This document shows positions 41,224-50,764 of a stretch of DNA of 64,000 nt, piece by piece. Both the position numbers and the translations under genes were made by a program. The number at the start of each line of letters is the position of its first letter. The stretch's first letter is position 1. The stretch comes from an uncultured Candidatus Saccharibacteria bacterium (GTDB taxonomy: Bacteria; Patescibacteriota; Saccharimonadia; Saccharimonadales; UBA4665), in contig CAWJBZ010000004.1 in the NCBI GenBank assembly GCA_963841325.1, positions 27,076 through 91,075 on the forward strand. The letters are read 5' to 3'. The notes under the pieces were generated by a model. It saw only the letters and a program-made list of their open reading frames with translations. It was not told where the DNA came from and did no database searches.

Positions 41224-42204
41224 TTGCCAAATTTGCGGCAGGTATTTTGGTTACTGCTGCGTTCCTATCGACAGTTTTTTTCGATAGAATCAAAAAACTC
41301 ATCACCGGAAGTTATTCACTCCACATCACCACTGGCGGCAACATGGTTTCATCCGAATAATAATCCTGGGCAGGTAGAAATCCCCAGATCAAAGCTTTTT
41401 GAAACTCCACTACCTTTACCGACATTACCTCCTGTTCCAAAACTTGTTTCGCTACCGCTACCACCAAAACTAACCATATTAACACCGCCAGTTACTCAAT
41501 CTACTCAACCATCATCTCGATCAACCACTCAACCATCGACCCCAGCTACTTCTATCTCTCCACAGGTAGATAATATTTCACGTATCTATCAGATTGATAG
41601 TGAAGATTGTGAAACTGCTAGTTTAGAGATGGCTTTGGAGCATGAGGGCGTTAGTCTTTCGCAATCTAATCTGTTAAGTTATGAGCATGTAGAATCTATA
41701 CCGTCCTCAAGTGTTTATTCAGATGATGGTAAGTTGGTGACCAACGCCGATCCGTATACTAACTTCGTCGGTAACCCTAATGGCAGCCAATGGTCGACCA
41801 CTGATTATGGTTATGGAACTTATGCTCCCAACATAGCTAATGTTGCCGGAGCAGCGGGAGGCGATGTGCTTTGGAGCGGAACAGGGATACCTATAGGTCA
41901 GCTTTATCAGTATGTTGAGCAAGGTCATCCAGCTATAGTTTGGGTGGATGATACCAATAATTTGGTTCTGCAATATTCTGCAACTTTTGACGTCAATGCT
42001 ACTGACCCTAATGGTAATCCGGTTTCGGTCCCCTATCCGGTGAGTGGCAATGAACATGCTATTGTCTTGGCTGGAGTTAACACTAATAATAATGAGGTTT
42101 ACGTTCTTAATCCGTTACATGGCGGCCCAAGTGGTTGGATTTCTATGAACGTTTTCCAAAACACCTTTGCCACTTTTGGCAATATGGCCGTAGTCATTAG
42201 TTAA
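41224..42204 (+). CDS. Peptidase C39-like (papain-fold) domain protein with Pro-rich linker; N-terminus unresolved
   Basis: The C-terminal ~200 aa hold the candidate catalytic Cys (QIDSEDCETASLEMALEHEG) and a later His (GNEHAIVLAGV). The track start is a TTG with no SD and no signal peptide. Confidence 0.5.
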   Translation: MPNLRQVFWLLLRSYRQFFSIESKNSSPEVIHSTSPLAATWFHPNNNPGQVEIPRSKLFETPLPLPTLPPVPKLVSLPLPPKLTILTPPVTQSTQPSSRSTTQPSTPATSISPQVDNISRIYQIDSEDCETASLEMALEHEGVSLSQSNLLSYEHVESIPSSSVYSDDGKLVTNADPYTNFVGNPNGSQWSTTDYGYGTYAPNIANVAGAAGGDVLWSGTGIPIGQLYQYVEQGHPAIVWVDDTNNLVLQYSATFDVNATDPNGNPVSVPYPVSGNEHAIVLAGVNTNNNEVYVLNPLHGGPSGWISMNVFQNTFATFGNMAVVIS

Positions 42205-42259
42205 CTGGATTGATTGGCTAAACTTCACAAACTTTTTTAAATACCTAGTTATGAGTAAT

Positions 42260-43588
42260 TTAAGTACTTCGGTTGTTATGTTTATTCGGTGTACTTGCTA
42301 GCATATTTCGGATGGCATTTTTAGTAGTACCAACTTCGTCCCACGGATGTTCGCCATCTGTTCGTTCAATAGTTTTTTCGTGTCCTTTACCCAACAACAA
42401 CACAGTATTGCCTTTATTGGCTCGTTTTATTGCAAAATTAATTGCCTCTGCTCGGTCATGTATCAGAAAAAGATCCTTACCCCGTACTTTACCAGCTTGT
42501 TCAGCTCCTTCTGCAATCTGATTCATAATTGATTGGCCGTTAACATCACGATCATCTTCTTCAGTAACAATAACCTCGTCAGCAAACTCGCCGGCGAGTT
42601 TACCCTGCACTGCTCTTTTAGTTTCGTCACGACGACCAGCACTACCAAACATAACTATTAACTTGCCTTTAATAACTGGTTTTAGGTCTCGAAATAGCTT
42701 TTCAAAACTATCGGGTGTATGGGCAAAGTCAACAATTACACTAAAGTTTTGGCCTTCATTTATGGTTGTCATACGACCTTCAACATTCTTTAAGTCGGCA
42801 ATTCCGTCAACAATTTGCTGATCTGATAAACCAATAGCTATACCGGTTGCGGCAGCTGCCAGAGCATTTTCCACATTAAAGCTCCCAGGTAAAGCTACTT
42901 TTATGTGTAAGATTAAATCCTTGTATTTCAATTCAAAGCTACTCCCCTCAGTTGTCGGTTGGATATTGATCGCTCGTAGCTCACCGTGTTCTAGCCCGTA
43001 AGTTACCGCTTTCGGAACAACATCGGTAAAAAATCTCCATGATGGATCGTCGGCATTAACTACGCCAATACGTAATCCTAGATGATTGCGAGCAACCAAC
43101 TTAAAAAGTCTAACTTTGGCTTCTCGATAGTTTTCGAATGTCCGATGATAATCTAGATGTTCATGGGTGACATTTGTCATAACTGCTACGCTATAGGGCA
43201 CACCCCAAATACGGTGTTGCGCTAGGGCATGGCTGGTCGTTTCCAAAACTAACCAATCTACGCCTTGATTACGCATCCATTTCAATCGTTGCATTAATTC
43301 TTTGACCGGTACATTGGTCATATGTTGAACTTGAGGTCTGATATCGTCATTGATTCCGTATGCTACGGTAGTCATAAACCCGACTTTATACCCGGCTTTT
43401 CGGAGCATGTGATAAATAAAAAAGGCGGTAGTGGTTTTACCATTAGTACCAGTTACACCAATTACTTTCAGATGGCGAGCCGGGAAACCATTCTTTAAGT
43501 TAAGGATAATGGCTTCGGCTAAATGTCCATACGGTTCAATTAATTGGAATAATTTCTTAGGGATAAATCTTTTAATAAATGAACGCAT
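42260..43588 (-). CDS. murE: Mur ligase, MurE-type (UDP-MurNAc-tripeptide synthetase)
   Basis: 442 aa. GVTGTNGKTTT P-loop, central and C-terminal Mur ligase domains, and LLGKGHE near the C-terminus. Confidence 0.8.
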   Translation of the reverse strand: MRSFIKRFIPKKLFQLIEPYGHLAEAIILNLKNGFPARHLKVIGVTGTNGKTTTAFFIYHMLRKAGYKVGFMTTVAYGINDDIRPQVQHMTNVPVKELMQRLKWMRNQGVDWLVLETTSHALAQHRIWGVPYSVAVMTNVTHEHLDYHRTFENYREAKVRLFKLVARNHLGLRIGVVNADDPSWRFFTDVVPKAVTYGLEHGELRAINIQPTTEGSSFELKYKDLILHIKVALPGSFNVENALAAAATGIAIGLSDQQIVDGIADLKNVEGRMTTINEGQNFSVIVDFAHTPDSFEKLFRDLKPVIKGKLIVMFGSAGRRDETKRAVQGKLAGEFADEVIVTEEDDRDVNGQSIMNQIAEGAEQAGKVRGKDLFLIHDRAEAINFAIKRANKGNTVLLLGKGHEKTIERTDGEHPWDEVGTTKNAIRNMLASTPNKHNNRST

Positions 43589-43695
43589 AGCTTATTTGGA
43601 GTATACGGTGACTAGTTAGTAATATCTAGTGACCTTGATAATTTGAGTTATCCTAATAACCAATCTAGTAATATTTTATGCTATGTTGTAGGGTA

Positions 43696-44757
43696 ATGAA
43701 GATTTTAGGTATTGAGACGAGTTGCGATGAAACCGCTGCAGCCATTGTAGAAGACGGTTATCATCTGTTATCAAATGCCGTGGCTAGCTCATTACAGGTG
43801 CACGTGAAATTCGGAGGAGTAGTCCCGGAGATTGCTGCTCGTAGTCATATTGAAGTAATTATTCCAATCGTTGAACAAGCCCTCAACGACGCTTCCGTAA
43901 ATTGGGATGATATCGATGCTATTGCCGTTACTTATGGTGCAGGCTTAGGTGGTAGCCTGTTAATCGGTGTTTTAACTGCTCGAACACTGGCAATATGTTA
44001 TGGTAAACCGCTGTATGCCATCAATCATGTTGAAGGCCATGTATATGCCAATTTTTTAACTGAGACCAAGCTTCAAGGTTATTTATTACCGAAAAACCAG
44101 CCAGCTTTCCCGATGCTAGCTTTGATCGTATCTGGTGGTCATAGTCAACTCGTCATATTCCGTAATCATTTTGACTACACCTTACTCGGCCAAACCCATG
44201 ATGACGCTCTCGGTGAAGCTTTCGACAAAGTTGCTAAAATCATTGGTCTGCCCTACCCTGGCGGTCCCAGTATCAGCGCAAAAGCTCCGGAAGGCGATCC
44301 CCTGGCCTATCAGTTACCTAAAGCCAAATTAGCAGCTAAATATGACTTTTCATTTTCTGGACTTAAAACGGCCGTTTTAAGACTAGCTCAAGCTCAAATA
44401 GGTGAAGATTTCACGTTTCCGTCCAAAAACGTCCCACAGCGCCTGTCTGAGGCCCAGAAAGCCAACATTGCGGCCAGCTTCCAACGAGTTGCCATGGAAA
44501 CGGTAGTCGATAAAACTGTCCTAGCTTTTCAGGAGTTCCAACCTGCATCAGTAGTAATTGCTGGTGGCGTTGCCGCTAACCAGGAGCTGCGTCGACAACT
44601 GACTAAACGCTTACCGGTATCAATTACTTACACCGATCCCAAACTTTGCACCGATAACGGTGCTATGATTGCGACACTCGGCTGTTTTAAGGCCAGTCTT
44701 AACCAGTCCAAGGCTAATCCATATACCCTAGATATACAACCTAATTTAAGTATGTAA
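43696..44757 (+). CDS. tsaD: tRNA N6-adenosine threonylcarbamoyltransferase
   Basis: MKILGIETSCDETAAAIV N-terminus (start moved to this Met), HVEGHVYAN, and SGGHSQLV. Confidence 0.92.
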   Translation: MKILGIETSCDETAAAIVEDGYHLLSNAVASSLQVHVKFGGVVPEIAARSHIEVIIPIVEQALNDASVNWDDIDAIAVTYGAGLGGSLLIGVLTARTLAICYGKPLYAINHVEGHVYANFLTETKLQGYLLPKNQPAFPMLALIVSGGHSQLVIFRNHFDYTLLGQTHDDALGEAFDKVAKIIGLPYPGGPSISAKAPEGDPLAYQLPKAKLAAKYDFSFSGLKTAVLRLAQAQIGEDFTFPSKNVPQRLSEAQKANIAASFQRVAMETVVDKTVLAFQEFQPASVVIAGGVAANQELRRQLTKRLPVSITYTDPKLCTDNGAMIATLGCFKASLNQSKANPYTLDIQPNLSM

Positions 44758-44876
44758 CGGCTAACTGTTGATTCTACAATCCTATCGGATATTTATTAGC
44801 GCTCATTGGTAATTTTCTAAGTTATACGTCACCTCTGTTTCCGAATCACCCCAAGAGGTGTTATCATGTTAGGCGT

Positions 44877-47437
44877 ATGAAGCTACCAAAAGCCTATGAG
44901 CCTAGCCAGTATGAGGCTGATATTTATGCACTCTGGGAGAAAAGTGGAGTTTTTACCCCGGCTACTAAGGGTACGCCATATAGCATTGTTGTCCCGCCAC
45001 CTAATGCAAACGCCAGTTTGCATATTGGTTTCGCTTTGACGATGTGCTTAGAAGATATTGCTATTCGCTACCACCGACAGAAGGGTGAGCGGACACTGTT
45101 TTTGCCCGGTGCTGATCACGCTGGCTTTGAGACTCAGGCAGTATTTGAAAAACAGCTGGCGACAGCCGGGAAAAGTCGCTTTGACTACACAAGAGAAGAG
45201 CTTTATCGACAAATCTGGGAATTTGTCGCTCAGAACCGTAAGGGTTTCGAGGAACAATTCCGACGGCTCGGTGGTAGTGTGGATTGGACACGTTATACTT
45301 TTACGCTTGATGACAAGATAGTGCGACGCGCCTATGCCACTTTTCATAAAATGTGGGATGAAGGGCTTATTTATAGAGGCGAACGACTAGTTAATTTTTG
45401 CACATTTCATGGTACAGCCTTTGCTGACATAGAAGTTGTCTACAAAGAAGAAAAAGGAAAATTGTGGTATATCCGTTATCCATTAACTGATGGCAGCGGG
45501 GGAGTGGTGGTGGCCACTACTAGACCCGAAACAATGCTCGGAGACACTGCCGTAGCCGTTCATCCAGACGATAAGAAGTATCGAGCTCTGATAGGGAAGA
45601 CCGTCAAGCTACCGCTTACTCACCGTGAAATACCCATTGTCGCCGACCCCTTTGTGGATACCTCGTTTGGTACCGGTGCCGTTAAACTAACGCCAGCTCA
45701 TGACCAAAATGATTTCGATGCCGGGAAGCGTCATGATTTACCGCTAATTACTGTGATTGATAATGAAGGTAAATTAACCCATCAAGTTCCAGAGCCTTAT
45801 GTTGGTTTATCGGTTGAGGATGGTCGTCAGAAAGTTGTTAGAGACCTAACAGAGCAGGGGTTTTTAATTAAAACCGAAGATTACACCCATAATGTCGGGC
45901 ACTGCTATAAATGCGACACCCCAATCCAACCATTACTCCGAGAGCAGTGGTTTGTCGACATGCAGCCACTTGCCCAACAGGCCATTAAAGTATTGCGATC
46001 TGGGGAAATCACTTTTTACCCTAAGACAAAAGCTGATCAGCTGATCAATTACCTTGGAAATCTCAAGGACTGGAATGTTAGTCGGCAAATTGCCTGGGGG
46101 ATCCCGATCCCGGCCTTTCAAAACGTTGACGATCCCAAGGATTGGATTTACGACGAGCGAGTGTCTGATGAATTCATTACCGTAAAGGATAAATCTTATC
46201 GTCGTGATCCAGACGTCTTCGATACCTGGTTCTCGAGTAGTTCTTGGCCTTATGCCACTCTAGACTATCCCGATGGGTCGGATTTCAAAACGTTTTATCC
46301 CTTAAGCCTCATGGAAACTGGTGGTGAAATCTTGTATCCCTGGGTTAGCCGAATGATTATGCTTGGTCTATATATAACAGGAGAAATTCCGTTTAAGGCG
46401 GTCTACATCCACGGTTATGTGATGGCTGAAGACGGTGCCAAAATGAGTAAATCCCGCGGCAGCGTGATAGATGCCACCCAAGCAATCGATCGCTATGGAT
46501 CTGATGCGCTCAGGATGGGAATCATCGCCGGTAGGGTGCCGGCAGTTAATCGAGGGTATGATCACCGCAAAGTTGAGGATGCTCGTAATTTTTGCAATAA
46601 ATTGTGGAATGTGGCCCGCTATATCGAGGGTGTAAGTGGGGAAGTGGCTAATCTTACTAACGTTAAACCGGAAACTGTAGCTGATCATTGGATATTGAAT
46701 AAGTTACAACATTTGCAAAGAAGTTTAGAGCGCGATTTAGATCGTTACCGTTTTGCTGAAGCTTATGATCGAATCTATCATTTCGTGTGGGATGACTTAG
46801 CCGATTGGTATATTGAAACTAGTAAGACGACACCAAATGCTCCGTTACTAGCTAAAGTATTGGAAATTGTGCTAATTTTCGCTCATCCCTTTGCCCCTTT
46901 CGTTACTGAGACCATTTGGCAAACTCTTAATTGGATTGGGGATAGTGTGCTTGCTTCTCAGCTCTGGCCAGAGGTCCCGAGGGCTGATGAAAGAGAGCCC
47001 AATCTTTCGCTAATATTCAACCAATTGTTACTGAAGCCCGTTACATCACTAAAACTCTCGGTATTCCTGATGCCACTTTGTACTATACGGACGTTCCATT
47101 TCTCGCCGAAAATGCACAGCTAATCAAACGCCTCGCTCATCTGACTAATGTCAGTGAAGTTCGTGATGGCACTGGTTTGTATCTGACAACAACGTCGTAT
47201 CGTTGCTGGCTGGACATCGAGCCATCTGCTGCTAGCCAATTCGTCAAACAATTGGCAGTCAAGCGAACCGCCCAAAAAGAAGTAGTCGACCGTCTTAAGA
47301 AACGCCTGGACAATAAAAACTACATTACTCATGCACCAGGGGATATTGTCAAGCAAACCAAAGAGCAGCTCACTGAAGCCCAAGCTAAATTAAATTCTAT
47401 TGATCAAGAGTATGAACGGTTTCGATTAGTGTCTTAA
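44877..47437 (+). CDS. valS: Valyl-tRNA synthetase, interrupted by an apparent single-base frameshift near 46991-47005
   Basis: ORF 44877-47123 has HIGH-like PPPNANASLHIGF and KMSKS. Its last ~40 aa are nonsense. ORF 47078-47437, extendable in frame back to 46991, encodes the expected ValRS end and coiled coil. Confidence 0.9.
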
Positions 47438-47452
47438 ATTTTAAATCAGTGA

Positions 47453-48313
47453 CTAGGATTTCACGGCCGGTTCTAGTGCTTCACGGATATGGGCTATTGA
47501 TTCATCAGGATGTAGATCGTCAAACCAGAGTACATGCCAACCAATTTTTTCGGCAGCCATTAAGTTAGTTCGGGCATCATCTACTAGTAAGATTTCGTTA
47601 GCTAAACAATCAGCTCGTTCAATGGCAAGTTCATAAATCTTTCTCTCTGGTTTCAATAAATGTACCTTAGAAGAGTCAATAATAGCATCGTAAGCTATGT
47701 TCGGTATCAAATTCTGTTCGCGCATCTGGTCAACTAGACCGGGCATGATATTAGTTAAAAGACCGATACCATAATATCTGTTCACCCAATCGACTAATTC
47801 ACTCATACGCGGAACCGGTTTGACTGTTTCTAGATAGTACTTATTCCAATCGAAGGAGGGCATATATAACCGTTCTCCGAGAGCCTGATTGAATTCTTGG
47901 GTCGTCATCTCACCCCGACAGATCTGGTCGTTATAGTGCCAGAAGGCCGTCTCGACCACATCAGAGGGTTGATCGCAGTCTATCGCTATTTTCGTAAAAG
48001 CCTGATGGTAAAAATGAACCAGGCAACCGTTGATATCAAAATAGACAAAACGTATCCCGCTTTTTGATTGCAGTCTTTGTTTTCTGGAGCCAGTAGGCAA
48101 TACACCTACTAACTCATCCAGACTAACTCCTAAAGCTGCAGCAATACTTTGAATTGTAAAAATTGAGGGTGATTTTATAGCACCACGTTCAATCTTGGCT
48201 AAAGTCGAATAACTTAAGTTGGCTTTTTGACAGAGTGACTGTTGAGTTAAACCAGCTTTTTGACGAGCTGATTGTAACAGCTTACCCATATTTTTTTCAT
48301 TAATCTGATTCAT
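47453..48313 (-). CDS. XRE-type HTH domain fused to a HAD-like hydrolase domain
   Basis: 286 aa. N-terminal HTH_3 (LTQQSLCQKANLSYSTLAKIERG), then HAD motifs: VYFDINGCL (I), LLTN (II), KPERKIY (III), LLVDDARTN (IV). Confidence 0.7.
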   Translation of the reverse strand: MNQINEKNMGKLLQSARQKAGLTQQSLCQKANLSYSTLAKIERGAIKSPSIFTIQSIAAALGVSLDELVGVLPTGSRKQRLQSKSGIRFVYFDINGCLVHFYHQAFTKIAIDCDQPSDVVETAFWHYNDQICRGEMTTQEFNQALGERLYMPSFDWNKYYLETVKPVPRMSELVDWVNRYYGIGLLTNIMPGLVDQMREQNLIPNIAYDAIIDSSKVHLLKPERKIYELAIERADCLANEILLVDDARTNLMAAEKIGWHVLWFDDLHPDESIAHIREALEPAVKS

Positions 48314-48441
48314 ATACCACCTCTATTCATTACTGACAAATATTTCAGTAACATACTTCCCAACTAAACTCATAGCCATATAGTACCAACTACATAACTA
48401 AAAATGAAGATTTTTAGTACGAAATGGTTGGTTCAATAGTA

Positions 48442-48624
48442 TTAACCAACGTGCAATACCCATTTAAGTAAGGTGTAAAGGATGATAAAAGTAATGACAC
48501 TGGCAACCGCAGAACTGCTTAGAACTTTTTTGGGGTCAGCATTCCCAGTCATACGTATTAACTTAGTCCAGACAAATACGCCTCCACCGATCGCACAAAC
48601 TAGGGCAACGATAAATGATGACAT
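48442..48624 (-). CDS. Small two-TM membrane protein (hypothetical)
   Basis: 60 aa with two hydrophobic helices and a basic loop. Confidence 0.4.
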   Translation of the reverse strand: MSSFIVALVCAIGGGVFVWTKLIRMTGNADPKKVLSSSAVASVITFIILYTLLKWVLHVG

Positions 48625-48636
48625 GTTTATATCAAA

Positions 48637-49032
48637 TCAAAATGCTAGCTTACTAGCAATATCCGATAGTGTTTTATGATCTGGCTCAACCGTTAAATCG
48701 GGTATGTATCGGAACTCTGTATCATTGTCAAAAGGAAAGATTTTAATATGGGCATGTGCCACATCCAAGCCCTCAATGATCATAGCTATCCTAGCTTTTT
48801 CGGGGAACGCTTGTTTTAAGTGTTGGACTATCAATTTAGCTGTGGTCATTAGAGCATGATAATCTTCATTGTCTAAATCCCAAACAAATTCAACCTGTTT
48901 CTTAGGAACGACCAAGGTATGCCCTGGTTGTATAGGATGAATATCTAGAAAGGCAAAAGTCCTATCATCTTCATAAATTTTATGACAGGGTATTTCGCCT
49001 TTGATGATTTTGCTAAATAGTGAATCTTCCAT
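48637..49032 (-). CDS. HIT-family protein
   Basis: Start moved to the internal Met (MEDSLFSKIIKGEIPCHKIYEDD, a typical HIT N-terminus). Histidine-triad region reads VAHAHIKIFP. Confidence 0.8.
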   Translation of the reverse strand: MEDSLFSKIIKGEIPCHKIYEDDRTFAFLDIHPIQPGHTLVVPKKQVEFVWDLDNEDYHALMTTAKLIVQHLKQAFPEKARIAMIIEGLDVAHAHIKIFPFDNDTEFRYIPDLTVEPDHKTLSDIASKLAF

Positions 49033-49265
49033 AACCTTATTGTAAACAAGTTTTGCTATAAAATGTGTGGCGGAACGCTCGGGTCTGGAACTTTCCATCT
49101 ATTCTAGACCTCTCTTCCGTCCTAACAAAAATGGGACACAAGCACTAGATCTGTCTCATTTCTGATGGCATTATATCTTAAAATGAGACAAAAACAGGGC
49201 TTTTAACAGTCCCTTTCTACCTCTTTCATTGTATCTGACCTCTGTAAAAAGTTCCATAATCTATC

Positions 49266-49356
<91 letters not shown>

Positions 49357-49470
49357 TAGTGTGGGTTTGTTGCTTAATTATTCTATCAGGTCGGGGGAGG
49401 TTATTGACACTCACTTACAATATAGAAACACTGGAGTAAATGTGTTAGGATTACCTCTGTTGTATATTAA

Positions 49471-49548
49471 GCGCCCGTAGCTCAGCTGGATTAGAGCGCA
49501 TCCTTGCGGAGGATGAGGCCGTAGGTTCGAATCCTATCGGGCGTACCA
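49471..49548 (+). tRNA. tRNA-Arg (anticodon GCG), encoded CCA
   Basis: GCGCCCGTAGCTCAGCTGGATTAGAGCGCATCCTTGCGGAGGATGAGGCCGTAGGTTCGAATCCTATCGGGCGTACCA. Anticodon stem CATCC/GGATG, loop TTGCGGA, with A20 and A73. Confidence 0.88.
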
Positions 49549-49646
49549 CGATTTTTGCCCATGTTGTTTTTGTTAGACTTCATTAGACATTCGGACAAAA
49601 TGCTGATGCTTGCTTTTAATACCCTATTTGTGGATTATTAGCAATT

Positions 49647-50492
49647 ATGACTGATTACGAAAGAGGCTCCGCTGAAACTCCGCCTGATGAAGCACTTCAG
49701 ATAACATTGAACCAATTGAGGTCCTGGCAGGGCGTATCTGATAGCCTGGATAATGATATGAATCAGCACGTTGCCCGTCATTATTGCCGGTGGCTCATTG
49801 ACCTCTGGGGTGAGGATGCGCTTAAAAGTAGCGCTAGGGGATTCTCAGGTGAAGAAATGCCTAGCTCTATGCAGTCTTTAATAGCTTATGAATTTGATAA
49901 TCGTGTGCTATTTTCTAACAACAATACAGTTCGCATGGAACACACCCCGAGGAATGACTATATACCAGGAGTTATCCCTCACTGGGACAATCTTCGTATG
50001 CTGCCCTTTGCTGTAGCGAAACAAAAAATTAAAGACGACCCTGAAATTCTTCAGAACATTCAATTCCCAGGGTCGCTTGTGCTTGATAGAATTATAGTTG
50101 ATTATCGTCCTGATTTCGCTGCATATCATTGGGGACTTGAATTTGATATAACGCCACTAAACACCATATCTTACCCCTATGGAGAACGAGGATATACGCA
50201 TAGTGCTGCTGAATATGCAAGAACAACAGGATCTAGTGTGCTTGCAACTACAGCGGCCACGCTTGCTTATTTGTGCACACGGTATTCAATTATTGCAAAT
50301 TCTCGCCCGGTTTCTACAGAAGTTTTACGCTCATTCGAGGGTAGGATTGAGGGTACTGCCCCAGTACTAGTTAATGCTGAAACATTACGAAAAACGTTTT
50401 CGCCACCCCCAGAGGATGCCGTTTTGATTCAAATGTTGCATGAGCTTATAGCTGACGGTGTTATTGGCAATATCAGAAAAGAACCCGATTAA
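49647..50492 (+). CDS. Hypothetical protein (orphan, no recognisable motif)
   Basis: 281-aa ORF immediately downstream of tRNA-Arg, flanked on both sides by ACATTCRGACA repeats. Confidence 0.55.
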   Translation: MTDYERGSAETPPDEALQITLNQLRSWQGVSDSLDNDMNQHVARHYCRWLIDLWGEDALKSSARGFSGEEMPSSMQSLIAYEFDNRVLFSNNNTVRMEHTPRNDYIPGVIPHWDNLRMLPFAVAKQKIKDDPEILQNIQFPGSLVLDRIIVDYRPDFAAYHWGLEFDITPLNTISYPYGERGYTHSAAEYARTTGSSVLATTAATLAYLCTRYSIIANSRPVSTEVLRSFEGRIEGTAPVLVNAETLRKTFSPPPEDAVLIQMLHELIADGVIGNIRKEPD

Positions 50493-50717
50493 CTGTTATT
50501 TGGCAAGGCTCGTACGACATTCAGACATCATTATCCGAACAACATTCAGACAGGTGTACCATGCAAGATTTTAATTTCTAATACAGATTCAGATAAGTTC
50601 TGATATTTTGGCTGTTTTTGACACAAATTCTTACTAACAGACTGAAATTGGTTCTAATCGGTTGAGACTTTTTAGCATAAACGCATAAAACGTTAATCTT
50701 ACTTACTTTCTTAACTT

Positions 50718-50758
50718 ATTAACGAAATATTGACATTAATACGTTAATTTAGTATACT
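50718..50758 (+). promoter_or_regulatory. Candidate sigma-70 promoter of fic with flanking inverted repeat
   Basis: TTGACA (50730-50735), 17 nt, TATACT (50753-50758). The ATG at 50765 lies 7 nt after the -10. ATTAACG (50718-50724) and CGTTAAT (50742-50748) bracket the -35. Confidence 0.55.
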
Positions 50759-50764
50759 TTAAAT

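Noticed and set aside
44758-44876. T-box or other leader upstream of valS, and similarly upstream of argS at 34926-34940.
   Set aside because: The spacers, at 119 nt and 15 nt, are too short for a T-box (over 200 nt), and no specifier or T-box sequence (AGGGTGGNACCGCG-like) is present.
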